From the NCBI GenBank assembly GCA_963705725.1, contig CAVPKM010000020.1, forward strand, positions 32,001 through 96,000: 64,000 bases of DNA, read 5' to 3'. The DNA comes from an uncultured Gammaproteobacteria bacterium (GTDB lineage: Bacteria; Pseudomonadota; Gammaproteobacteria; UBA6002). Below, one piece after another: positions 43,862-53,096 of the stretch. Under the pieces are notes generated by a model. That model was given only the letters and a program-made list of their open reading frames with translations, had not been told where the DNA came from and made no database searches. The translations under genes and the position numbers were made by a program. The first letter of the stretch is position 1. Each line of letters starts with the position of its first letter.

Positions 43862-44350
43862 ATGAAAAATGAATTAGTCAATATGCCCTTAATAAAATTA
43901 GTGGGATTATCTACGCGTACCCACAATAAAAATGAAATGAATCCACAAACGTCCAAAATCGGCGAATTAGCTGGTAAATTTTGGAGTCAAAGCATGGCTC
44001 TACAAATTCCTAATCGAAAAAATTCTGGTGTAACTTTATCTGTGTATACAGAATACGATAGTGACGAGCACGGTGAATATACCTATTTCATTGGCGAAGA
44101 AGTTAACTCGTTTGACGATATCCCAAATGGAATGGAGAAAATAATAATACCAGCTGCTGGATATCAAAAATTTACAACACAGCATGGAAAAATGCCAGAT
44201 GTCGTAATCACTGCATGGCAACAAATCTGGAAAATGACACCTGATGATTTTGGAGGCAAAAGAGCGTATCAAGCAGATTTCGAAGTTTATGATGAACGCG
44301 CACGTGATCCGGCTAACACCAGCGTTGATATCTATATTGGGATAAAATAG
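43862..44350 (+). CDS. GyrI-like/AraC effector-binding domain protein
   Basis: VYTEY.SD..GEYTYFIG, WQQIW and RAYQADFEVYD pattern. Confidence 0.85.
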   Translation: MKNELVNMPLIKLVGLSTRTHNKNEMNPQTSKIGELAGKFWSQSMALQIPNRKNSGVTLSVYTEYDSDEHGEYTYFIGEEVNSFDDIPNGMEKIIIPAAGYQKFTTQHGKMPDVVITAWQQIWKMTPDDFGGKRAYQADFEVYDERARDPANTSVDIYIGIK

Positions 44351-44363
44351 CAATTATTGGCTA

Positions 44364-44383
44364 CACCCTTCGTGAATGAATTT
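44364..44383 (-). repeat. Family C repeat, inverted, followed by a GCGTGG...CCACGC hairpin
   Basis: Reverse complement matches 4102-4121 with 2 mismatches. Confidence 0.6.
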
Positions 44384-44436
44384 TATGCGTGGCTGCCCCT
44401 CTTCATTCGGCTGCATCCACGCGCAACTTCATGTGA

Positions 44437-45247
44437 TTGTTTTGCGTTTTCTATTTAAAATCTAGTATAACTAGATTTGAAAGAAATAAATTAAAGGAAG
44501 TAATAACGCAGATGCCTCAAGGTTTAGTACTAACGCTAGACTGGCTAAAAGAGCATGGGGTGTCGTGTAAGCTTGCTTGGTGGTATGAAAAATCTCGCTG
44601 GTTAGAAAGGGTAGGGAATGAGGCTTATAAAAAATATGGCGATGAAGTTAGCTGGGTAGGAGCGTTATCAGCATTACAGAACCAACTGCATTTACCATTA
44701 CATATAGGTGCAAAAAACGGCGCTAGAGTTATTAGGACAAGCGCACTTTATACCTATGCAGGGGATAAAACGCGTTGCTCTTTTTCATAGCGCTATAGTT
44801 AAAGTACCACTGTGGTTTCGTAAGGCGAAAGCTTGGAATGCTGAATTCAATATATATCAAGTATCACTATTTCAAGGAGATGATTCACTTTTAGGAGTGA
44901 TCAAAAGGCCGATAGATGGTGTAGATGTTTACCTTTCGAGTCCAGAGCGTGCTGCCTTAGAAATATTACATTTAGTTCCCAACAAACAATCTTTTGAAGA
45001 GGCATCTAAGCTAATAGAAACTTTAACTCAGCTTCGCCCCAATCTTGTCCAGAGTTTATTAGAAAAATGTAAATCAATAAAAGCGAAACGCTTGTTTTTG
45101 TATTTGGCGGATAAGTTTCAGCATCAGTGGTTGCCCAAAGTTGATTTAAGTAAGGTGAGCTTAGGGCACGGAAACCGAGTTATAGGGGAAGGTGGAGATT
45201 ATCATCCGAAATATCAATTATCTTTGCCAAAAATAATGGAGGAGTAA
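44437..45247 (+). CDS. Type IV TA antitoxin AbiEi-like (split by +1 A at ~44712-44717)
   Basis: HIGAKTALELLG joins across the break; SSPERAALE, LRP..VQ.LLE.C.SIK.KRLFL; start uncertain. Confidence 0.8.
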
Positions 45248-45334
45248 GTGGGGTATTCACGCGGGTATTTAACACAGGTTGAACTTTTATTACAGGTATT
45301 GCCAGTTATTAATAAGCAGGATGTTTTGCATTAA
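45248..45334 (+). pseudogene. 5' stub of AbiEii-like nucleotidyltransferase toxin
   Basis: GTG start right after abiEi; YLTQVELLLQVLPVI..Q, then an off-frame FALK; ends just before the expected GGTA motif. Confidence 0.7.
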
Positions 45335-45337
45335 ATC

Positions 45338-47188
45338 GCATTAAAACTCAATTTTAAATTGTCCGATGGCAAGCTAAGAATTATAGATATCGGAGATGGT
45401 CTAGCTGCAGACATAAACGGTTTTGAGGATACTCCGCTTGCCGCAACTATTTTAAAAAATTTACATAAAAAGACAGAGGCAATTGTGGTGCCTATATTTG
45501 GTGAATTGCCTTATGATGCGATGCATACGAAAACAATGCATATTCCTCTCTTAATGCGTCAAGCTGCTACAGTTAATGATGTAGCTGATTTATCAGTAAG
45601 AGAAGATCACCTATTACCCTATAGTCAATATAACCGCGTACAATCAGCCGTTTCACATGCATGGAATAAAAACTATCAAATGTGGCTACTAGCCCTATTG
45701 CACTAATGGCTATGGAGATGCATAAATTATTCTGGTATGTACTAATGGAAAAGTTAATGCGTACAGAAGATTATAAAACTGTTTTATTTTGGGCAAATGA
45801 TTCCTCACCTCACATTGATCTGAGCCAGATTGATACTCGCCATGGTGTTTTTATAAAAATTGCAGACCGTTCTGATGGAGGGGGAAAGGATGTTTATTAT
45901 GCAAAAGATAATCATGAGGTTGAAAAATTACTTTGCAAATTACGAAAACAATATACCTCCAGTACTGAGCAATACAGAAAGCATATATTTATAATTGAAC
46001 CCGCCTACCTAACATTAAAGAGCTTTCAAGGAAAAAAATATAATGTAACAGGCAGAGCTTTTATTACTCTACATTTTGATTCACGAACAAAATCTTTGGA
46101 AGTAAAAACAGCTGCTGCGAAATGGATGTTTCCTACTCAGAGTTTACAAAATTTTGTAACTGAAACTCAAATGTTTTCTAATATTAAACATAGCAGGGGA
46201 TGTTAGATTAACTTCAGAAGAATTAGAGCACTTATCCACCTTAATCTTAGATTGCTATGCAGAAGTATTGAGAGCAGGTTTCGAACACGAAGATTTACTT
46301 GAATATTGCAACAAACATCCTATAACACCTGTATTTCTTTCTTGTTTACGACCAAATGCTTCTTATAAAATGCAGTTACAACTGATTCATCATCAACAAG
46401 ATGAGGATATTAGGCAAGCTGCACTAAATGGTCTTGTAAACTCACTAATTTATAGGGATCGGTATCAACAATTAATGAGTTGGATGACAACAAAAAATTA
46501 CCCATCTTTTTTAAATTTAACAACAGCTCAAAAAAATCAGGAACTAGATGAACTCCTTAAAATAATTTGCGAGCTTCATTTTTATGAATGTTATATCGAA
46601 AATGCTGAAAGGTGTGGACCTCATTTTCCAGGGATGAACATCATCTTTAATAATAAATTTTCAATTAAAGAGAAATTAGACAACTACATAGCGATATACT
46701 TAACACTAAAAAATGCGAAGTATGATAACACTGATATAAATCGAGCAGCAAGACAAGCTGCCTGCGTAAGTGATTTGACCGTCTTAAAGTTATTAATTTA
46801 CACCCGGCGCGCAGAGATTAATTTACCATCCAGCTCTAATCAGACACCATTAGATTATGCGTTTCAAAGCAAATGTACTTCAAAAGAAAAGGAGCAATGC
46901 ATACAGTTATTAAAATTCTTGGGAGCTAAAACTGGATTAGAAATAGCGATGATGCAGACTATTAAAAAAATAATATTAGTATTTTCTTCTTATCAAGATA
47001 CCAAGACGAGTCTTAACACTTTGCCTAAAGAGGTTACCGCTTTTATTAGACAACTATATGTTCAGCTTGAATTTAATCAAAACCCTTCCTTATTTTTATT
47101 TTTTCAATCAGAAAGCGCTTCTCAACATAGAATTGACACACCAGAGAATACCAAAGAAATCGAGGCAACCACAAAACTCACTTTGTAA
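45338..47188 (+). pseudogene. Fragmented orphan gene with ATP-grasp-like and ankyrin-like segments (ORFs 45359-45706, 45682-46206, 46268-47188)
   Basis: Three co-oriented adjacent ORFs; FIKIADRSDGGGKDV and IIEP resemble ATP-grasp; INLPSSSNQTPLDYA is ankyrin-like; 5' end missing. Confidence 0.5.
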
Positions 47189-47426
47189 TTTACAAGGCTT
47201 TATTGATGTTTCAAGCCCTGAAGCATATCAAATTTGAGTGTCTGTAGGAAAAGTTCGATGTGGGCCGTCATCTTTTTGATGACTTGGACTTAGGATATTG
47301 TTACAACTGTTCATGCGCGGATCCTTTGCATTTGTATTTGTTTGGAAAAAAATCATTTTATATGCAAGGGTTCTCGCGCATAACTCTTTCTTTATTTAGA
47401 AGTTTTCCCTTAACTTAGTGCCATTA

Positions 47427-47516
47427 GAGCATACTCAAGTATGTGGCATTTTTTAATTAAATTTTTTGCTTGAAGATGGAAAAATATAGCGTTTCAATCC
47501 TGTGCTGAATAATTAC
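47427..47516 (-). repeat. Family A element, diverged half copy
   Basis: Reverse complement GTAATTATTCAGCACAGGATTGAAACG...CACATACTTGAGTATGCTC aligns to the left half of copy 1. Confidence 0.85.
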
Positions 47517-47567
47517 TAATTAAAAACTTTAACATTTTAAAAGAGATAATAGATCGCCTAAAAAATA

Positions 47568-48745
47568 TCAGGAAATATTGGATAAATATTGCCTAACCTG
47601 AATTAAGTTTTCAGGTTTGTATGGTTGAGCTCCTTCTCCTTTTTTATCATTAATGGGGCAGGCAAAAAACCCTTGGTTGCTGAAACTTTTTGTATTTAAA
47701 TCAACGCGCACTACATCCCAACCTTTTTCTCGAAGTAAAGCAACTAAATTAGGTTCATATTTGCCCATAAGATGAAAGTATCCTATGGCATAAAAGCCAC
47801 ATCGCTTCCCCAGGCTCGACTGTGTTTTCCTTAAATCCTTATCCAAGGATTCAACCATATCAAGATCGCGAATTTGAGTATGTTCAAATGTCAGTTGAAT
47901 TTGTTCTTCTTGGATTTTTTCATCTAAAAAAGAACTAGTTACAGGCTGGATATCTGCAATGTCAAAATCATTTCCCTCAATAAATCTATTTCTCACATTA
48001 GATGCGGATTTCTCTTCAGCTTCCTTATCACGAGCAATTTGCCCAATTAATGCACGCTTAAGAAAATTCGCTTCTGACATTGGAACATGGCAAACAGCTA
48101 ATAATTCTGAAATGTTACTAATTATCGCCATTAACTTAGTCATGAAATTCAAACCGGAATATTTTATTTGTAATTGTTTTAAGTATTTTTGATTTCTTAT
48201 AATTTCAACAATGAGTCCCATGAGTTCAAAAGCCTGCTCATTAATAAGAGTTAGCAAAATTTTTGGTGTTCCCTCTGTGTCGGCCGCTATCACAGATTTA
48301 ATAGAGCTATCTAATTTTTTATATCTTTGTAACATCATACAAAAAGTGTATACAAGATAATGCTCGCTCTTCAGTTCAACTGAATAAATATCGTTGTATT
48401 TTTTTTTGAAATAGCATCAGTAGCCGCCTGTCTGGACTCAACAGTTTCTAATCCTTTTACCTCTTTTCCCTGGGATTTTGCGCGACCGTAAAGAAAATGT
48501 TCTACTGCGATAGGGTGTTCTTTGATAAACTCAGCGATATCTTCATTCCAATCTGGAAAAATATCTATTTCAAGAAAAAGATGAGAAGACTGATCAAAAT
48601 ATTCTAAAATTTGCGGATCTAATCGAAAAATATCCTTTGATTTCAATTGGTGATGTGTTCCATAAAGGTTTCCAAGGATATTTTTTTCATTGTCTCTAAT
48701 TAGAAATAAAGAGCCCTTTGTTGATTTCGTAGTTAATTCTTGCAT
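47568..48745 (-). CDS. TraB/GumN (TIKI-like) family protein, split near the T9 run 48399-48407
   Basis: LYGTHH, KGLETVE, RD..M and FYAIG..HL.G...L..LLREKGW motifs spread across ORFs 48371-48787 and 47568-48338. Confidence 0.7.
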
Positions 48746-48774
48746 ATTTTGCACACTTATTCTCCCAATGTCTA

Positions 48775-48856
48775 GAATAAAAATCAATATTTATATTATA
48801 TTTTAATTATAAAATGAATAAAAATCAATATTTATATTATATTTTAATTATAAAAT
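48775..48856. repeat. Exact 2 x 41-bp tandem duplication in an AT-rich promoter region
   Basis: GAATAAAAATCAATATTTATATTATATTTTAATTATAAAAT at 48775-48815 and 48816-48856. Confidence 0.95.
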
Positions 48857-48899
48857 GGCCATTATAATAAATACTAATTAATTCCTAGGCTCTGGTGGG

Positions 48900-48966
48900 G
48901 TTGAGTCGGCCGACAGAACTTCCCTGCTAGCCGCTCTTCGAACTATACGTGGGCCTCTCGACTCAT
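48900..48966 (-). mobile_element. Group II intron 3' remnant (partial domain V and domain VI)
   Basis: Minus strand ATGAGTCGAGAGGCCCACGTATAGTTCGAAGAGCGGCTAGCAGGGAAGTTCTGTCGGCCGACTCAAC: GAGA loop, AC bulge, DVI stem, terminal AC. Confidence 0.75.
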
Positions 48967-49039
48967 TTTTCTTATTATGATTGATGTTCTGGTCAACTAA
49001 AAATAGACATTTTTTTAACTAGGGTACAATTACTAATAA

Positions 49040-49273
49040 GGAAAAAATACGAGAGATTTTTTAAGTACTATTGACCAAGCAGGCGAAAAAATATTTAAAC
49101 AAAAGTACCATTGCCTATTGTGCGCAGGCTACCATGATGAGCCATTAAAAGGAAACAGAGCAGGACAACGATCTATTCGATTAAGTAAGAGTTATCTGGC
49201 TATTTATGTAATAGATCAGGAAGGAAAAATTGAAATACTAAAAGTACTAGAGGTGAATAAACATGACTATTAA
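49040..49273 (+). pseudogene. HigB/RelE-like toxin remnant
   Basis: GYHDEPLKGNRAGQRSIRLSKSYLAIY...VLEVNKHDY* overlaps the antitoxin start; N-terminal part broken and apparently internally deleted. Confidence 0.75.
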
Positions 49274-49577
49274 AAAGAAAAGTGACACCACAAAATTTTT
49301 GGAAAATTTAGGCGGTGCATTAACTTTTTCCAATTTAATAGAGTCAATTCGTCTTGGTGAAGAAATATCACAAGTCGAATTTGCACAGATATTAGGCATA
49401 TCCAGACAAAATTTATGTGATATTGAGCATGGCCGCCGAACAGTGAGTCCTAAAAAGGCAGTGGCTTTTTCAAAGAAACTAGGCTATCCCCCTCAGCAAT
49501 TTGTTAGATTATGTTTGCAGGATTTAGTAACGCGAGATGGACTGAAATTAAAAATTGACGTTCAAGATGCCGCTTAA
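49263..49577 (+). CDS. HigA-like HTH-XRE antitoxin
   Basis: SQVEFAQILGISRQNLCDIEHGRR HTH, downstream of the toxin remnant. Confidence 0.85.
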   Translation: MTIKKKSDTTKFLENLGGALTFSNLIESIRLGEEISQVEFAQILGISRQNLCDIEHGRRTVSPKKAVAFSKKLGYPPQQFVRLCLQDLVTRDGLKLKIDVQDAA

Positions 49578-49685
49578 GTACAGTTAAGTGTAAAGATTAT
49601 TTTCTCTTTATCCTATTGAAAATTGTTGGCAAAAAATTAAAACTGATATTAGAAAAATGAGACGTTACCTGGGAGCAAAAAACTA

Positions 49686-50402
49686 ATGAATAAATCGTTC
49701 TTAATTACTGGTGCAACTAAAGGAATTGGTTTAGCTATCACGCATCATTTAAATAATTTAGGCCATCAGGTGATTGGAATTGCTAGAAACCAGCCCGATT
49801 TTGAATTTCCCGGTTTTTTATATTTAGCTGATTTAAGTAATAGGGAAGAAACTTATTCCATTTTAAATCTGATAGAAGAAAAACATCAAATTAATGGCAT
49901 TATCAATAATGTTGGAATTGCGAAACCACAGTTAATAGAGAACATAAACATCACTGATTTTGAGCATGTGCTTGATATAAACCTGCGACCCGCTGTACAA
50001 GCAATGCAGATTTTTGCACCTTCCATGAAAGAAAACAATTGGGGACGTGTTGTAAATATCGCAAGTCGTGCACTGTTAGGCAAGATAGAACGATCCAGTT
50101 ATAGTGCAGCAAAATCTGCATTAATTGGCCTCACGCGAACTTGGGCTTTAGAGTTAGCAAAGTATCGTATCACCGTTAATGCTGTGGCACCTGGTCCAAT
50201 TAACACAGAGCTATTTTTTCTTTATCATCCCAAAGGAAGTGAAAAAGAAAAAAAATTACTAGCAACTATTCCAATGGCGCGTATGGGCGAACCAGATGAA
50301 ATTGCGTTTGCGGTTGCTTTCTTCCTTGATGAAAAAGCAAGCTTTGTTACAGGCCAAACATTATTTGTCGATGGTGGAGGGAGTGTTGGAATAAATTATT
50401 AA
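49686..50402 (+). CDS. Short-chain dehydrogenase/reductase
   Basis: TGATKGIG, NNVG, YSAAK and VNAVAPG. Confidence 0.92.
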   Translation: MNKSFLITGATKGIGLAITHHLNNLGHQVIGIARNQPDFEFPGFLYLADLSNREETYSILNLIEEKHQINGIINNVGIAKPQLIENINITDFEHVLDINLRPAVQAMQIFAPSMKENNWGRVVNIASRALLGKIERSSYSAAKSALIGLTRTWALELAKYRITVNAVAPGPINTELFFLYHPKGSEKEKKLLATIPMARMGEPDEIAFAVAFFLDEKASFVTGQTLFVDGGGSVGINY

Positions 50403-50405
50403 ATC

Positions 50406-50455
50406 GTAGAAGAATTAATCCATTTTCAATGGTATACAAAATATCCAGACCGCTT
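50406..50455. repeat. Direct repeat, left copy (duplicate of the tamB 3' end)
   Basis: GTAGAAGAATTAATCC(A)TTTTCAATGGTATACAAAATATCCAGACCGCTT matches 53048-53096 apart from one extra A. Confidence 0.92.
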
Positions 50456-50531
50456 AAGTGCAATTTAGCAGATGTTGATATGCATGGGTTGGCTCCATTT
50501 TTCTAACAGTTTTTTGAACACTCCCAGTAAT

Positions 50532-51473
50532 CTATATTCCTAAGGTAGCAGTTGCTTCATCATTCATTTCTAGTAATTCATTTTTAAGCAAAGGCTCTAG
50601 CATTTCAAAAGAGATTTTTGCTTCAGGAATTTCATCATTAGAAAAGTGACAATTATTATCTTCAAGTGCAGATTTTATTTTATCCCATTGCTCAAAGTTT
50701 TTATTGAAAATAAAATATTCGCTTTCTCTATCGTTTTCAATTTTAATTGCACCCACAATGCAAAGAGGAGAAATCGTTTGATCGTCGAGATTTTTTGGAA
50801 ATATTTCCTTTGCATCAAACACCCCACCCCATAAATTGCTCCTTGGATCCTTTTCTTTATTTGTCTCTATTAGATCTATGGAAAAATCGGAATAAGAGAT
50901 ATAACCATCTAGCAAAACGATGTATCGCCAATATTCATTCGTTGTGGCTTGAAGATAGCGAGCAGATGAATAGTTAGTACTTAATGCAAGTGCGCTCCAA
51001 TTACTAACGAAAGGAGCATCATAAACATTCTGACCAAATACGGTGCAAGGAGAAGAGATTAATCGTGCTATACAGTTCAAAAGGACAATTCCGCTAAGAA
51101 CTATATGGCAGGGAAAAAGGAAAGCATTTTTGGCCAAACACTCTAGATCTAAAGTATCACATGCCGTATCCATAGGAGGAAAGAGCTTATTGACTGCTCG
51201 GTAAGCAGAGTAAGCAGAGAACCCATCAGCAAAAATCATTTTTGGAGGGCGTTTATCAGCTCTATAAGCGATTGTCGGATCACTGACAACATATTTCCCC
51301 TCGATCACTTCATTTCTAAATTCACGATCTAGCCCGCAACTGCAAGGTATATTTACACAACAGTGCACACACGATTCACAAGAGCTATACGCTTTTCTAG
51401 GCCATTTAGATTTATTCGCATTTGGGTTTAAATGTTGCGCTTCCCGATTACTCTCTTCAAAAAAATTTTTCAT
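50532..51473 (-). CDS. Putative R-S-E class ADP-ribosyltransferase-like protein
   Basis: YRADKRPPKMIFADGF, LSTN and AKEI; Cys-rich N-terminus and a hydrophobic insert. Confidence 0.65.
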   Translation of the reverse strand: MKNFFEESNREAQHLNPNANKSKWPRKAYSSCESCVHCCVNIPCSCGLDREFRNEVIEGKYVVSDPTIAYRADKRPPKMIFADGFSAYSAYRAVNKLFPPMDTACDTLDLECLAKNAFLFPCHIVLSGIVLLNCIARLISSPCTVFGQNVYDAPFVSNWSALALSTNYSSARYLQATTNEYWRYIVLLDGYISYSDFSIDLIETNKEKDPRSNLWGGVFDAKEIFPKNLDDQTISPLCIVGAIKIENDRESEYFIFNKNFEQWDKIKSALEDNNCHFSNDEIPEAKISFEMLEPLLKNELLEMNDEATATLGI

Positions 51474-51518
51474 ACATCCTCTTTTTCTATAAATAATGTT
51501 AAATTTATGTTATTTCGT

Positions 51519-51550
51519 ATTATAATCAGGTATTCTTAATAAAATATTAA
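51519..51550 (-). promoter_or_regulatory. PmrA-type box plus perfect -10 upstream of the ART-like gene
   Basis: Minus strand TTAA-ta-TT-tt-aTTAAG-N10-TATAAT. Confidence 0.65.
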
Positions 51551-51693
51551 ATACTTTATAATAAGAATATTAACTTTTAGTTTTTATCTGATAATATGTA
51601 GCATGTTTAAATAATTCAAACACTTTGTGTGAGGGTGCTTACTTAGTGCTTTTTAGCGAATAAATTAAGAATAAATCTCGGAGTAGATCAAAA

Positions 51694-52966
51694 ATGTTCA
51701 AAGAAAATCATTCGGTACAAGATAGATTGATAAAGGCTATTTCAAAAGGAAAATTTGAGAATGTTAGGTCTTTAGTTAAATATCATAGCGCTTCATTGTC
51801 ACTACCAAATTCAGAGGGGAAATACCCATTGGTAGCTGCAGTTCATGGGGTTCACATCGAAATTGCGCAATGGATAGAAGAGCAGTTGTCAGAGTCTGCA
51901 TGCTTAAAACAATGGGAAATGGTTGACTTTCCAGTGATAAAAGAAAAAATAATTTCGATATTTCCTGAAAAATTTACTGATTTATCTAAATATTCCACGA
52001 CGAGTCCCTCCCGTCTTAGTAACCATAATGTATCAAGTGTCCATATATGGACTTTAGCTGATTGGTATAAACAATATAAAGATGCGCCATGGCGTTTAGC
52101 TTATGAAGATCATCAAAGAAAATAAGTTTTGTGATAATATAAGAACAGCATTGTCTAGTTGGACTCGTTGTTATGATGATGATTGGACAAAAATAAGTGA
52201 ACGTGTAAAAACCAAATATGATATTAACGATTCACAAGAAAGAATATGTTACGTTCCTGCCTCGATAATCATAGTACACAATTGTGCAGTTGCCGCTGTT
52301 CAAAAACAGTTGAAATCGTTCCAGGAAAAAGTAGAAAACATGGCAGCTGAGACACAATATGAGACTTTTTTTCAAGCTGCGCAAAGCGGTAATGTACCAA
52401 GGGTCCGTGCATTGCTAGAAAATGGTGTTAATATCAATGCCACCAGGAGTTCTGATCGCGCTACTGCCCTTATTCTTGCAGTGGGAAACAGAGAGTTTCA
52501 AGTGGTTGACACATTGTTAAAAAATGGTGCTGACGTCAATGTTGCTACGACTACAGGGATGACACCTCTCATGATGGCTATACAAGTAGGGCATATTACA
52601 ATCTTTAACGCATTGTTAGCTAAAAATGCCGATGTAAATGCTTGCTTGAATACAGGTGCAGGACCACTTTTTCTAGCAGCACAAAATGGCCGTGCCGATA
52701 TTGTTAGAAATCTATTAGATAAAAATGCAGATATGTCCTCTCCATTTGTGAGTACAGTTGAATCTCTCAATAGCTTCGCTAAACGTAGACATATTGAACA
52801 GGCAATGACCGCATTCATTAATCAAAAAAAAGAATACGCAGGACAACACGAGATTAGGGTGAAACCTGCAGAAATTGCAGCGATTATGGGATACGCAGAA
52901 ATTAAAAATTTAATCGACCAAGCTGAATATGAAAAATTATCATCACCTAGTTCCCTAAACTTATAA
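51694..52966 (+). CDS. Ankyrin-repeat protein (split near 52115 into 143-aa and 287-aa ORFs)
   Basis: GKYPLVAAV, ATALILAV..LLKNGADVN and GMTPLMMA..LLAKNADVN ankyrin repeats. Confidence 0.8.
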
Positions 52967-53047
52967 TGGGGTTGCCATGAGACAACCTACCTAAAAAATT
53001 AATTAATCAATGTCTGTGCTGTAGCTACCATAATTTTTAAGATAACT

Positions 53048-53096
53048 GTAGAAGAATTAATCCTTTTCAATGGTATACAAAATATCCAGACCGCTT
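53048..53096. repeat. Direct repeat, right copy (last 40 nt of tamB plus 9 nt downstream)
   Basis: Matches 50406-50455. Confidence 0.92.

Noticed and set aside
47309-47384. Inverted repeat GTTCATGCGCGGATCCTTTGCAT...ATGCAAGGGTTCTCGCGCATAAC as an attC site
   Set aside because: GTT and AAC ends are in the wrong order for attC; more simply a hairpin between convergent genes
43862-50402. Integron cassette array (GyrI-like, TA and SDR genes are typical cargo)
   Set aside because: No intI and no RYYYAAC...GTTRRRY attC sites with internal L boxes found between the genes; orientations are mixed
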